Part shown: positions 1 to 14,512 of the stretch, one piece after another | Position numbering within the stretch: position 1 is the stretch's first letter | Layout of the letters: every line of letters begins with the position of its first letter | Origin: Camelus dromedarius | Taxonomy: Eukaryota | NCBI RefSeq assembly: GCF_036321535.1 | Contig: NC_087447.1 | Location: forward strand, 33,358,001-33,422,000 | Length of the DNA stretch: 64,000 bases | Direction: 5' to 3' | The notes under the pieces: model-generated | Seen by the model: the letters and a program-made list of their open reading frames with translations, nothing else | What the model was told of the DNA's origin: nothing | The model's database searches: none | Made by a program: the position numbers and the translations under genes

Positions 1-119
1 AAGCCAGAGGTCCATCTGGTGGGATTCAAGAAATAAACTAGGTAAAAGGCATAAAATTAATGGGGGAGATTTTTTTTTCATTAAGTAACTGTGAAAAAAC
101 TGGAAAACTATTCACTAAG

Positions 120-450
120 ACAGATTCTTTTTTTTCCTGGGCACACAGTTGGACAACATTTACCAGCCTCTATTACAGTTAGTTAAGGCCAGTGACTAAG
201 TTCGAGACGAGTAGAATGTGGCCAGCCCTGGCTTATCATAACCTTCCAGTCATCACTCTCTATTCCCTTCCCCTGCCACAGATCGCACGTAGCGGAGCCA
301 AAGAGGGAAGGAGCCTGGGTCTCTGCATCACAGCTTTGAGAAGAGCCACCTCCCAACCAAGAGCATCCATTATGGATGGAAAGGAAAGCTTCTATTGTGT
401 TGACTCCCAGAGAATTTATTCTTTCCTATCAGCAGCTGATCAAAACAATT
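120..450 (+). mobile_element. Degenerate MLT1 (MaLR) LTR
   Basis: ttcctgggcacacag...catttaccagcctc...gtgactaagttc...ggaaggagcctgggtctctgcatcac...tattgtgtt. Confidence 0.6.
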
Positions 451-769
451 TTTAAAAGTGATTCTCTTCTTGTCAAAATTAAGGGAGAGGGAGAGCTACC
501 ATTTCTCTCTTGCCACGTGGAGAAGAAAGTCAACCTGGAGCCAGTAACGGTGGTGCGGCTGACATGGAATAAAGTGAGCAGGCGGCACTGAGGCAGTACA
601 TGGATGGGGTATTCGCCAAAGTGAGCAGAAGCAGCTCCTGAAATACAGATCCTTCACTCTAAAAAGCAGCCCGTGATTGACACTAGCGAGACAGATCTGA
701 CACAGGAAAGCAGCGTCAGATACGCAAAGGCAGGAATCAGCTAGAGCCTTCCGTTCATCCACCTACTCT

Positions 770-1620
770 TTACACAGACACTCTGGTGTGTCTGCCACGT
801 ACTACGTGCACTTTTCTAGCTGCTGGAGACACAGTGAATAAACTTGCTGCCTTCGTGCAGCTTATGTTCTCAAGGGACAAGTCAGATGGTAAACCCTTCA
901 ACAAGAAAACAAGGCAATTTTAGATAAGAAGTGCTATGAAGAAAATAATTAAATGCCATTAAAATGGTGTAGAGAGTAGCAGAGGGAAGTGGCAGAGCTG
1001 ATTTAGGGAGGGTCGTTGCGAGAGATGTCTGTAAAGGGTGACATCTGAGCTACAACCTAAATGATGACTGGCAAGGGGAATTGCAGAGATGTAGGGGGAG
1101 GGCATCCCCAGGTGAAGAAAGCACCATTGCACAGGCCTATTGGAGGAGCACAAGGAATTAAAGCGTGGTGGGGGAAGAGAACACAGGAAGGAGTGGTGCG
1201 AGACAGACACAGACAAGCAGGCAGGTTCAATACACAGGACCAAGCTTGGACATGATGCTAAGACGCATGGAAGCCACTAAACGACTTTAAACAGAAGCCT
1301 GGCAGTAACATGACTCACGTTTTTAAGAGCACACACTGATCACCATTTAGAGAATGGGTCGTAGGGGTGAGAGTGGACACCACTGCCATCACCAGCCACG
1401 AGATGAGGGAGGCTTGGACTAGAGCCGTGTAGCAAGACATGGGCGAATTTGTGGCTCATTTTAAGAGTAAAGCCAACAAGACTTCCTGATGCAGCAGACG
1501 TGTGGGATGAGGGAAGCATGCAATTGATGATGTCTTCCACATGCAGTGACCTCAGCAACAAGGTGGACGTGTCACTGAGACTGGGATTCACGTACAAGGT
1601 CCTCTGGTCTCAGGACAGCT
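770..1620 (-). mobile_element. L2 LINE fragment
   Basis: ctagctgctggagacacagtgaataaac...gataagaagtgctatgaagaaaa...gggtgacatctgagct...ggaagccactaaacgactttaaacagaag. Confidence 0.65.
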
Positions 1621-4600
1621 CTGTGGTGCAATAATTCAGCTACGTGATGAGTTAACTCAGCTTCAATGTGCTAACCTAGAAATCTAGTCAACGCTTAGGC
1701 CATTTTTATTCTGGAGAAATAACTAAAAATTTCAAGTATCTTACAGATGATCTTTTAAAACATAATTGAAGAAAAAAAAACAAACAAAGCAAGTGCTACT
1801 GCACCCCCAGCCCCGACCACTGCCCCAGGTGGTTTGACCGGCGCTCCTTCCTGAGCAATGAGCTTAAACATGAAGCCCTTAGTTCAACTGAAGTGCAATA
1901 ACCAAGGTTGGGATTTGGGTTATATTTTTTGCTGTTTTAATTCCAAAATGGGAACTGGGCAGTGGGGGGAGGATTGTTAAGAAGAGACAAGAGTTTTACC
2001 GGGTTGGGGAGCAGGAGGAGATGCTGTCCCAAAGTAGCCTTGGGAATAAAGAAGCGAGGGAAAGAAAAGCCATGCCCAGGAGGAAAGCGCACCTGTGTCT
2101 GCTGCTGGGAGGGAAGTGACACGTGGGTTATCACGAGCAAAGCAACGCCTTGAGACCTCTGTCTTGGGAAGGCTGGAGCGGGTGGGGGCCTGGAAGTCGG
2201 TGGGGGGTCTTGACAGATACCTGGGCACCAGAATATCTCTCCATTAGTCATGCAGGCTAAACAGGGGGGAAAAAAGACACCCTGAGGTGCTCTTATCTCA
2301 AGCATTCTGAACCCCTGGAAATAAACACAAGCAGGAGCTTAAAGTTTTACTAACATGAATAATCAAAAACAATGCTGTGCTGTCCAAACCAGGACTCTAG
2401 GAGACTGAAGCCCAGATATGAGCATAAACTGGGTTTCGAGGATTACGAGGCTCCTGCATTTTGTAAAATTTCAAAACAAGAGATACCTGGCTAATCCTTG
2501 GATGATTAGAAGGGTAACTAAGCAGCCTCACCATGTTCCCGCGCACTCCCTTCACCAGGAATTCACCGGGCCCTGCTTCCACAGAAGGGCACTCATGCTA
2601 GCCTCCGCAACCAGTAAGTACCCACCCCCTCGGCTATTCTGAATCTTCCTTCTGCCTCAGCTCTGACCTTGCTGCCGCTTTTTCTTGGCCTCTTAACGCT
2701 CTGAGGGTCAGACCCTTTGTCCCTCACTCCCAGTCATGTGAAAGAAGTTACAAATCACCTTGCTAATCAGCTGCTGTGTTTCAGACATTTCTGTAGCTTT
2801 GTTACATGGAATTATAATTAAATTCATACAATATAGCATATTCCCTTGAATATGACTCCACTTGTGTTTTTCCAAGGAAGGAATGACTTCATTAATGTAA
2901 ATTATTATGTTTGGTACCTCACTGCTAACCATGTGTTGCTGGCAGGACTGATAAAACTGTGTCTTCCATCTGAACACTCTCTCCTGCTATCTTCTAATGG
3001 TCCTGAAAGATGTAGATGTGAGAAGCTCACTCTTTCAAAGTATTGGCTTCAATGAGTACACACTCTTCCAATTCCAAGAAAGAGCCTCACAAACGTTAGT
3101 GGTATAAGCTGATGATGATGTTAACTGTTGTGACCCATTAAATGTTAAGTAAATATCAATTTGCTCCATTTCTGACCTTCATTGCCCCATTATCATCTTA
3201 ATTGGGAAATCCAATTTCCCGCATTGGAACTGGCCACAACAAAGCACTGATTTACAACTTGCGGTCTGAAAAAAAATCTATCCCCCGGCAGAAGGGCCAC
3301 AGCAAACTATTAACGATCCACACAATTTGTACTTTTTCTAGTAACTCTGAATACTTGCTCTGTCAAAAATTCCTTTCACTCATGCTTCCTGAGTTGAAGG
3401 TATCTTTCTGCAACCATAAGACTTGGGTCAACTAAATCAGGCAGGTGTACCAGCAGGCTTAGGTTAAGTCATGCCAAGGTAACAGATCACCGCATCCTCC
3501 AAAATTTCTGTGATTTTTACACAATTATTTCTTACTCCTGCCACATGGCCATCACCTGTCAGTTGTCACATAGCTCCATGTCATCTTCATTCAGGGACCC
3601 CCAATAAAGGACCCCTGCTCTGTAACACTGCTAGTTGAAGAGAAAGAGGTGGAACCCTGTAATAGTGCTCAGAGCCTCTACTCTGAAATGGTACATGTCA
3701 CATCCATTCATGTATCTGTGGATCAAGGAGGCAGCAGATATTCTGAACAACACCTTATTACAGTAGGATGGGGGGTGGGGAGGAAGGGGGCAGCATGAGC
3801 CAGGGCACAAAGTCCTAGAGAAGTGAGCTGAGTACTATCTTTACTTCATTTCTCTGAGTCCTAGTGTCTGCCTTTATAAAATGCAGTCGTGTGGCCAATG
3901 CTACCGTTTTCCTCACTGGTTTACTGGAAGGCTCCAAGTACAACATACACAAAAGGATTTGGAAAACTTCAGAACACTGTAAGTAGGAGGTATTATTTAA
4001 GGCTAATTGTAGTACTTTCTATGCCTGGCAGATTGCATGAAGTATATGGCATCACATTGTTCTCTATTCTTCTACATAACTTTTTTTTTTTTTTTTTTTT
4101 TTTACTACAGGAAGAAAAGGTTTCTTTGAAGTCTCTACGGAGACTCCAAATTCAAGAAGATCATGGCTAGACCCCAAATGCCATACTTTCCTCAGACACT
4201 ACCTCTAATTGAAGCTCATGTATTCAGAAACTGCTGAAGACCAACCCATTGAAAATGTCATCACACAGGTAAAAAAGCCTTAGTAGACCAAATTCGTAAA
4301 ACACCCAAATCCAGCGAAAGCAGTTTTCAAAATGGGGACCGTTCCTGCTTGAGTCGGATGAGGCAAAATGCAAGGACCTCCCGTGAATTGTGTCACAACT
4401 GACAAAGGGTCTTATTATCTTCTGTTGATTGGCTCGGAGTTCTGATATCCTCTCTCTGGCAGTTTCTACGGCAATTTCTGCAGAGCAGGAGTCCTTAATA
4501 CGCTATCTCTGCTACTACCCTAGGAAGTTCAGAAAATTGAAAGTCTTTGGTGCTTCTTTTTCCACTAAGAGCCTGAATAGGCTGTTCAAGATAGCCTGGA

Positions 4601-7537
4601 CAATGTGTGTAATATTTTGTTTTAATTTGCAAGCCAGTCTTGTTCACTGCGGCTTGTACAATATGGGTCATTTTCACTCCATTTACTCAAGAGTGAAAAA
4701 TAACTTGCCTGAAGCAGTTCATAAGTATCTACTCTCTAGGCTACAGTGAGACAATGAACTCAGCCTCTGAGAGTCTCTGGTACCCAGACAGGCATTCGGT
4801 GAGCATCCCAGAGGATAATTCAGAGAATATAGATGGGGAAATGGCCATGAACAAAATTTTGTCATGAAAGAATGTAATACACATAGATTTTTGCCCACCC
4901 CAAAATCACCCATACCCTCTTCCTGTTGCTACAACAGGAATTAGTTTAGGCAAAGATCATTTGGTCTCAGGGACGGCAAAACCCTACTCCAGACCCAGGG
5001 GTTGAATGCAATTAGCCCAAACCAGTGACAGTCATCTCATTCTCCTTTCCCAAACACTGGTCTAGAGATGGACAGGACGTAACCCAGGTCTGAAAAACAG
5101 GACAGCAGAAGTCTTTTGCACGGGGAGAGAGGCAAGGGAGGTTATAAGGGCTCTTCTAGGAAGAAATTTCTTTAAACATAAAAAGACAAAACCTCACCCA
5201 GAGGTTTCTGACCCCTGCCCCTTCCTTCTTTCCTTGCTTTGGGTGCTGGTACAAGGGCGCCATGTCTGGGGCCAAGGCCAAAGTATGCCAAAGATGGTAG
5301 AATGAAAAGAGAGAAGGGTGTTTGCTCTAAATGTTGATATTCACTCTACTTGGTTCACAGTGTCTCCCATCCAGGTGCCCAGTATTTGTTCCCTGTCTTA
5401 TTTCCTGAGTTCCATTCTTATTCTATAAAGGGCTCCAACGTTTAGTCATTTCTTCTTAGGTGCTATCCTTCTCTTTATGAATATGCCCTATGGAACTTGT
5501 GGAATGTTTCCATGGTAATAGAAAAAGAACTAAAGTCCGAGCACATCACCATGAGCTAAAGCGGTACCACAGGACACACTGGTCCAAGGCCCCACACACA
5601 CAATGAGCTGCGAAGTATGTTCAAGAAAACAGTGATTAAGATCTAAAAATCAACATTATCAATAATAAGGCCTTGCATACAAAAGGTAGGTACAGTATCA
5701 CAAATCATTTCTTATAAAATTGATTCTATGTAACAAAAAATGAAGAGAGACTCAAAGAGTCCCAAACAGCATTCGTACCAGCAATTTCCTCCCAGATTCT
5801 TTCAGGTCTCAATAGCTAAAGGGAGCAAGGAATGATGAGCACACTGGTTCCAATGGACAACTGAAAGGTCTGCCAGTGGTAGAATCAGGATTCAAAATTA
5901 CTTTGAGGTTCCTTCTATCATTTTTATAATTGTTCACAGTCTGTCCCCACATATAGCAGAAGATAAGAAAGTAAATTTTTTAGACCATCACCTGGCTGGT
6001 GGGATTTCTCCATGGTGAATGGAGAGAAAAACATTTCACATCTTTAAAATTAATTTTTTGATTAAAAAATAGAAAATAGTATAAAGTAAGACATAAACAA
6101 ATGTTAATGTGAAGTACTGAAATTAAGTCATCTTCCTCAAAACTGACAAATAAATAACATGATATTAACCAATAGAGGCAAAGGTTTATAACAAAGGAGG
6201 CAACTTCATCCCCCCAAGTGGCATGTCTCCCAAATCAACTTCAAATCTACAGAGGGAAGTAAGAGAAAAAAATCATGTAGAAAAAGTGGGGGGGGGGGGA
6301 CAATATCGTTAGACTATATTGCTAATGAGAACTAAATCAATAATGAAGAAAGTCTTTCAGAAAAAATGAAACAGAGGCTACCTGCCAGGTTCTGAGCACT
6401 ACTGGTGGTTAGACACATTTCCTTAACAATTGAAGAGGTCTTTAGTCAAAGCCAAAAAGTTAAGCAGGGCTCAGCAATGTAAAACAGCAGAAGGGAAAGG
6501 AATTCACCATTACTGTCATCAGCTGTCTTTACTTTGAGACACTTTACTTGACCCCCTAGAGAACAAACCCGTTGGAGGAAAGTGACCAAGATTCTGCAGC
6601 ATTTATTCCATTCAAGACGTCCACCTTCCTGATTAACAGATCACCAAGGTTCAGTATGCTGTTAGGGAAGGTAACAGGAATGATTGGGTCCAGCCAGGAC
6701 GGAGAAACAGCCCAGCCATCAATCTGCCTATTAGAATTTCTCTAAACTGGTGGGAGGGAGCCAGTGACCACGGGAGAAATGAATGGGCTCAGACATTAGT
6801 GCACTGTATGTGTAAGTCCAGGGTCAGAACCAATCCCTGATCATCTGGTATATTAAAGGAGTAGGTATATGCAGTGCTTGCCACCAGAGTGCCGAGCTTG
6901 GAAAGAGGTGTTCACATTAGACAGAGTGTTCTTCTCTGTAAAATGGAAACAGGGGTCATTGATGCTTGAGGCCACCAACCCACTCTAATGTCATCAGTCC
7001 ATGTGCCAAAGTTACGAGTCCATCTGTCACTGGGAATTTTAGTAAAGTTTGGGAATTAGCAACACATGAATCAGTCACTAGGAAAACAACAGAAAAAAAA
7101 ATTCTGACCTTGGCAGGTGAAGATATTGGTAACTGGGCATAAGCTCGTATCAAAGCACATACTCAAAAAGAGGACCCACTGTGTAACAGTTAGTTGAAAT
7201 TGGATATGACAATCTACTCAAGCAAGACAACGTAAAATGAGGTGTTTCTGGATTTGTTAGGGATCGTCAAATACAGCGGCAGCAGAACGTGGCATGTGAT
7301 ATGGCCTTCCTGCTTTGGTCGCTTTGTTGTGCTCCACACTCACCTTCAGAGGTCTTGCTTTCACACGCTACTGAGCAACTTAAATCACTCAGGAGAACAG
7401 AGCACCCTAGGTAGTTGGTATCATTTCCGGTAGGACTTCACAGGACCAGAACCAAACGAGGGCTTTCGATCTTCCACCATTTTTGATCGTCTGCCAGGAA
7501 TACGTTTCTCACAAGCTGACTCTGTCAGCTGACTTAC

Positions 7538-7666
7538 CCTCACAGTAGGCAGAGTCTCCCTGGACAGAGATGTAACCATTCTTGCACTCGCAGGTAGCTT
7601 TTGTATTCCAGTTTTTGCACTCTGAGTTTTCACCACATTTAGGTCCTTCAGCACAAAAGTTATGAC
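7538..7666 (-). CDS. NELL1: NELL1 coding exon (exon 12 equivalent), first EGF-like repeat
   Basis: 129 nt; (G)HNFCAEGPKCGENSECKNWNTKATCECKNGYISVQGDSAYCE(D), with a six-cysteine EGF pattern. Acceptor ggcttctcctag, donor gtaagt; symmetric phase 1-1. Not in the ORF track; read by hand. Confidence 0.97.
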
Positions 7667-7959
7667 CTAGGAGAAGCCAATAAAATTTACATCAGGAAAG
7701 AAGAGAATAAAAGACCTCCAAATACTAAAGCATGGAACGTTTTTATTGTATGTCACCATACATGGAAACACACCTCGGTAATATACAAGGGTAAGCTGGC
7801 AAGGGGGTGGAAGAATAGGAAAAGGAAATTTTGGACCATGCTCAAGATTTTTTTCCCCCTAAAACTCAAACTTGCTAAAACTATTACTTCTTGAAGGCTT
7901 TTATCCATGTTAATCCTGGATCTTCTTCCTACTACTTTCTTATGTGATTAGTCTCTCTA

Positions 7960-10010
7960 CAACTGTTTTATTGAAAAATTTATGATACATAGGAAATAAT
8001 ATATAGAATGAATATATATGAATATATAAAATGAGCACAACCAGAATATTTTCAGTATCCCTTTATTGTATCTCCCCAACGAATCCCCCTCTCAGCCTTC
8101 AGAGACAACTATCCAAACATTTGTGTTAATCACTCCTTTAACATATTTGTATAGTTTTACCATACACAAGTGTGTATTTCTAAGTAAAAGATCATTTAGT
8201 TTTGTCCATTTTGAATTTCACATGAGTGAAATAATACTGTACATATCCTCTGTGGTGTATTTTTTTCTATTCATCCATGTTAATGTCTGCAGCATTCACT
8301 TGTCAGTGATATATAATATTCTATAGTATGAATATTCCACTATTTATCCATTATACTACACATGGACATTTGAGTTACTTGCAGGTTTTGAATTACCAAC
8401 AATGATACAAGAAACATTCCTGAACATGTTCCTGAGGCATAGTTCTTACCCACAGGTTTAACACTTCTTTGCCCAACATTCCTTCTTGAATCTCAGATAC
8501 TCAATCTAGAACAGTTACTTTTCTTAAGGTATCTTTTAGAAGTTCCTTTAGTGAGGATATTTTAATAGTGACTGTGCTCAACTTCAATTTGTCTAAGTAT
8601 GTCCTTTGACCACCCTTCTATTTGAAAAATAGCTTTATTAGGAACAGAGTTATTTTGTCTCAACATTTTGAAGATATTCCATTGTTTTCTGGCTTCTATT
8701 ATTGCTGTTCAGAAGTCAACTGTTAACCTAATAGTCATTACTTAGTAGGTGACAAACCTTTTCTCTGTAGCTTTTAAGATCTAATCTGGTTGGTTGGTTG
8801 GTTGGTTGGTTAGTTGGTTGATGGGTTTTGTGTTGTTTTGTATTCATTAGTTTTACTCTAAGGTATTTAGGTATGGATTTATTTTTACTTATTTTTCCTA
8901 GGATTCCTCAGGATTCCTGAATCTAAAGATTAATCATATCTTTTATCAGTTTGGAAAATTCTCAGATATTGTCTCTTCAAACATTCTCTCCTCACTATTT
9001 TTTCTCTTTCTGGAATTCTAATTAGATAAATATTATTCCTTCTCAAGCTCTCTTCCATGTTACTTAGACTTGCTTTCATATTCCCATTTTTTTCTATGCT
9101 GATTTCTGTTTAACTTCCAGATCTATCTTTCAGTTTATTAATCCTCTCAAGTACTGTCTGTTCTGTTTCAGTCATCGTCATCCATAACGGTTTTACTTTA
9201 CTTATATTTTTCTTTTCTAGAATTCAATTACATTCTTTTCCAAAGTCCTTTGTCAAATTTGATAGTCTTATCCTTCTGTCTTCTAATTTTCTATTTTTAA
9301 AACTTATTGGACATACATCTTACACATATAATTCCAGTATCTTCAGTGCTTGTGCGTATGATTTTATAGTTTGCTGTTTCACTAAGTATCATGCAAGAGG
9401 ACTTATTTTTTTAGTGATTATTTTATTTAAGAGCTCATATTTTGGGGGATTTAATCTGTGGGAATTATTTGAGGTTTGGATTTTAAAATTTGTTTCTTCA
9501 GAGAGGATCTGTGTTTGCTTTTGTCAGGTGCCTGGGGGAACTATCAACCCACAATCACTTTAAACTAAATTTTGCCTTGGGGCATAAGGATTGAGCCACA
9601 CAGGTAGAATAAATTAAGGCCCTCAACTCTCATGAATGCAGACTTTTCTGCTCCATACTCCCTATCTACAGTCAAGACTGACATGCTAGTCTCCTTTTGC
9701 AGAGTGGATTTTTCTTAGTCACCCACTGAGGATTCACCCTTCAAGGGTCTTGATTTATGCATCTCACACCAGCCCAGGGCTCTGTCTCCCATCTTCTTTC
9801 ACAGTGTCCATTAGAAGCCAGATTCTACCACCAGGCATTAGAAACTGCCCTCAGAGCAAATGCCAAATCTAGTGTGCTTACTTATCTCAACAGAATCACC
9901 CTTTTCAATATTTCTGGTCTCTGATACTTTTTTCTTCTAACTCTGTTATCAGCTCACCAAATTTCCCCCAAAAGAACAATTTGTATGTTATGCAGCATTT
10001 TCAGGTGAAC
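7960..10010 (-). mobile_element. Ancient L1M/HAL1-type fragment(s)
   Basis: Long T-rich decayed tract with antisense-L1 phrases (ggacatttgagttacttgcaggtttt; ttctggcttctattattgctgttcagaagtcaactgt; ttggaaaattctcagatattgtctcttcaaa). Confidence 0.65.
8787..8820. repeat. (TGGT)n microsatellite
   Basis: tggttggttggttggttggttggttagttggttg seen directly. Confidence 0.95.
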
Positions 10011-11984
10011 AAGGAGAAACAGGTTATACTCACCCCAGAAGCTGTGAAGGTCAAATATAATAAAGTATATCAAGATGCTTTATTATCTTGAAATCAGTAC
10101 ATTTTAGCAAATAATAATTATACTGCTACATCACACACTGTGGTCTCATAAAAAAGTAACTGATCTTGAAGAGGAGGCCTAATTTATAATTCAGGGTTTA
10201 TACTAATAAACACAATAAATCACTTTGCCTGTCTAGGTATATATCCTGGGAAAAGACAACATCAGTGATTTTCAGACTGTTTGTTAGAGTCTTGGGCACA
10301 AAGTGTCAGGTAGGGCTCAAGTCCCCCATCCCTGATTCAAACAGGGCAGTTCTGCTTTTATATTTCTGACATAGTGACCATGTGAACCATGGTTTCTGGC
10401 TTTAAAAAAACATAGAAAACACTGAACTATACAAATTCCAAGTTTAATTCCTTTTTGTGATAATATTCTAGAATATTTTTTCTTTGAAACAGAATTTTAA
10501 ATCAACACTGTTTATACCATACCTAGTAAAAGATAATAACTCTTATTCAGTAATAATAATACGTGTACCCATAATATATCTGGCATTATACTGAATGTTT
10601 TAAACAGGAATAATATACCTTATTAATAGGTGTGGAAAGAGTTAAAAGGGCTAATCCATGTAAAGCACTTAAGAGCAACTCTTGATACTAACTAGGTGGT
10701 CAATAAATGTTAGCCCCTATGATGAGAATGGTAATGATAACGATCATGTTGACAACAACAGCTCAAGTTCAAAATAACACTGCTATCCTCAACCTTAAGA
10801 TAAGAAAAGAAAAGCTCAAATTCAATAACATCTAGCTAATACATGGAGATGCCAAGGTTCTAAATTAGGTCTGATGAACTCCAAGGCCCACTAGTTTTCA
10901 TATATCCTCTCACAGAGCAAACCTGGCAAAAATTTAAAAAGTGAAAGATGTAGCCACTGCTTGTGACACTAGAGAGTGGGTCCACAGGCTTCAGAGAGCA
11001 TGGCATCACGTTCAGCTTCACTTCCTGATCTCAGAGGAAGAACTTATCTTGTTGGAAATCTGAAACCTCTGTTGGTCAAGAACACTTCTAGGAAGGCTTC
11101 AAAGCCTTACAATGACCGTTAAAAGCAGTTGATGCTTCTGCTAGCCACGGGACAATTTTTAGGCATCACAGCTCCCTTTGCCAGAGGAAGTGCCTGGACT
11201 TCCCTCCCCATGTCAGGACTGATCAATAACTGTCACATTTTCTTTCATTATAAAGCTTGACTCAACGTTGAATGCGCATCCTTTGTTACATGTCTACGTT
11301 TCTTTTTCTTTCCAGGAGACTGCAACTGTCCTTTCCCTTCCACGTGCATTTGACAGGCTGGAACAAAGCCCCTCAAACACTGTTGATTTTCCAATGCCTA
11401 TCTCTCTCTCAAGCATGCGCCATGTCTATTCACAATGCAGAGTTAGGTCATCTGTACTTCAGGGGCAATGAAAAGCCCATGGGACAAACCAACCTTAAGG
11501 ACAAATCCACTTTGGTTGGGTCTGACCACTGTGCCAAAAATATGTTGTTGTTGTTGCTTTTAATTAATGCAGGACTTCATTCAAGCAATATTTATTTAGT
11601 GCCCACTTGCCTTTCTGTATGAGTGAATAATCATCCACTCAGTATTTATGGGGTGCCTACTCTGTGGATCACAGCACCATGCAATATCCTGAGGACAATG
11701 TCAAGGTGTTTAAGAAATTCCGTGACCACAAAGAAACTAGAAACTCTACATGGAGATAAGTCAAGTACAGAGGTAGTTAAGTAAGATGTGAGCAGTACAA
11801 ATTATCATAGTTTCAGGGAAGGCGCAATCCCTTCTAGATGATGCAGAACTTGACCTTTGATTCGTCACAGGTAGGAATTTGAGAAGGGGAAAGACACAAA
11901 TCCTAGTAGGAGGAATGGGACTCCCAACTCTTGAGGAAGAAGGGTAACTTTGGAGAACCTCAAATAACCTGGCACAGAGGTAAC

Positions 11985-12200
11985 AATAATGATTAAGAGT
12001 TACTGAGCACGTATCACATGCAAGACACTCAGCGAAGTGTTTCACGTGCATATCCCATTTAATTCTATTAAGAACCCTATGAAACTGGAATTATTATTCC
12101 TATTTCACAGGTGTGGCCACTGAAGCTCAGAGAAGTTAGTGCACTCACAGAAGAACAGAGCCAGGACCCAGGTCAGACTGAGGCCAGGGTTCTTAAAAAG
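11985..12200 (-). mobile_element. MIR SINE
   Basis: cccatttaattctattaagaaccctatga...attattcctatttcacaggtgtggccactgaagctcagagaagttag (MIR core, reverse). Confidence 0.7.
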
Positions 12201-12303
12201 CGGTAATTTTGTAAGCATTCTACATCCAAAGGATAAAAAGAGATACCCTCTTTTTGGATGTGTAGATTCAAAAGACTACATTTTGTATGTCTTCTCTTCC
12301 CCA

Positions 12304-12373
12304 ACATACACATATATATATATATAGAAGAAATATGTACATATATACACATATATATGTACACATATATACA
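12304..12373. repeat. (TA)/(CA) compound microsatellite
   Basis: acatacacatatatatatatatag...acatatatacacatatatatgtacacatatatacat. Confidence 0.9.
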
Positions 12374-13789
12374 TTCTGCTGGGAAATTCCAAGTACTCTC
12401 TAAAAATCCTAACTTTAATCACTCCAACTTCTTTAAGTCGGGGTCTATGTCTGATTCATTTCTTTCGACCAAGAGCTTCCCACACAAGGATAACTGGATA
12501 AATGGACGGCTTATAGATGGATGGACAAACGGACAGGCAGAAATATGGGCAGGTAAATTAATGACTGGATAAACAGGTGAATGAATCTACAGTGACATTT
12601 AATGCCCCATCTTAACCAACTAGAAGGCAAATGTGACTAGCCTACTAGTCACGATTTTTCTTTAAACGTTTTTACTGAGAGATCATAAAATTCGACTTTG
12701 TAAAGACAGAGTTTGATGATTTAAATTTATGCAGTTGTGCAACCATCACCACAATTCAGTTTTAGAACACTTTCATCACCCCAGCTGGTACCGCCATTCT
12801 TCAAACTCCATCCCAGCATCGTTGGCTGCCAAGTCATAAATCCTCAATTAATTCTCCACGTTTCAAAATCCTTCTAAAGGTTTTGTCTCTCTTATCTGAT
12901 GTGTCTGAATAGCATGACATTTAAGATACAGATCCTTTCCCTTCCTGGATATTTGTCTTTAGTTGCTACCTACAGTCTTGTTCTCAAATCTAGCTAGCTA
13001 GCTCCTGGTACAATTTTTTCTTCAGCAGCTGGTTATCAACACAGTCTGATGCATGAAACTCCTCAATGTCACCCTCTTTCTTAAATCAATGTCTTTTTTT
13101 TCCAGCATTATAAGCCAGGACCAGACTGTAGAATGCATGCGCGTGCACACACACCTGCCCCAACATTCATGTTCTTTTACTTGAATATTTTTAATAAGTG
13201 ATGCTAGAGTCTCCAGAATTATTCTCATATAATTAGAAGCACAGAGTGGTATCTTTTAACTAGCACTGGCCCAAACACAGAGAACATTTTTATTATAAAA
13301 GCTGATGTTTACTGACTTCTTTCAACTAGCCAGGCGCAGGGCTAAGTATGTTACACACCTTATCTAGGTAAGTAAGTGAAACCCTCACAACAACCCTATA
13401 TATTACTATTATCCTCACTTTACAGGTTAGAAAAATGTAGCTGCAACTAACTTACCCAAGGCGACACAGCCAGGAAGAGGCAGAGTTATGATCCGACTCA
13501 AGTTCTTGTTAAGATCACTAAGAAAATTATTATTCTGTGACTTAAATACTTTGGGGCATAGACAACTCCTAATAATTATTCTCTGATGGTGTCTGTGGAT
13601 CTCAACCCTTGCTATGTCCTATGACAATTCTGAAATAGTCCCATTTAGGACTCAACTGCAGGTTCTGTCAACCTGTTGTTAATAAACATTGAGTCTAGAC
13701 CAACGCTTGTGCCCAATCATTTCTGGCTTCTGGTTGCAGTCAGAAAAACCCACTCCACTCCACACTGTTATCAACTCTCAAATGAACAT

Positions 13790-14378
13790 CAACTCATTTG
13801 CCTTCTTGCCCACCTCTACTCCATTTTTCCCCATAGAAAGATCCTTTTAAAACATAGATTGGATCATGTCACTCTTCCCCTTAAAAATCTTTTAAGAGCT
13901 TCCCATTTCACTCACGAAAAATACAAGATCCTTAACTTTCACCTGAGACAACAAGCAGGGCACCCCTCTGCCTCCATCTCTCCCCTCCAACCACATCAGC
14001 CCTTCTTTTGATTCCTCTAGCATTCTAATCTTTCCTGACTCAGGGTCTCTGCAAACTGGTTCCACTAATTGGGAACATTTTGACACTTTCCTGCCAGAAA
14101 AATTTCTACTCAGTCTTTAAGTTCCAGCTTAAAAACAATCTACTTCGAGAAGGGTTTCTTGTCCCTCAAGTCCGTACCTCCCTATTCATCTTGTTCATAG
14201 CAGTTACCACTGTTGCTAATTACGTGTTCATTTCTGTGCTTATTTGTTCCATGTCAATCTCCACATTAGAAGCTCACCTCTTCCAGGGAAAGGCCCCTGA
14301 GAGTCTGTTTCCCTTGTTCCAATGGTAATATCCAACACATTATAAACACTCAGTAAATACTTGTTGAGTTAATGACTA
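13790..14378 (+). mobile_element. L2 3' fragment
   Basis: gatccttttaaaacatagattggatcatgtcactc...cactcagtaaatacttgttgagttaatga (typical L2 3' terminus). Confidence 0.7.
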
Positions 14379-14491
14379 AATCCTCACAGTCTTCCAAAAC
14401 TAGAATTTAAAGGGTGCTTTAAAGATGAATAAACCAAGGCTCAAAGATGTTAACTACCTTCCTTGTGGTTACACAGCTAGTAGGTGATGGG

Positions 14492-14512
14492 TGAGAGAGA
14501 GAGAGAGAGAGA
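14492..14512. repeat. (GA)n microsatellite
   Basis: About 10 GA units seen directly. Confidence 0.95.

Noticed and set aside
6288..6299. G12 homopolymer as a functional G-quadruplex
   Set aside because: A single run on the template strand with no context; homopolymer length is also error-prone.
1..7537. NELL1 exon 13 (DIDECAAKMHYC...)
   Set aside because: Not found on the minus strand; intron 12 extends past the window start.
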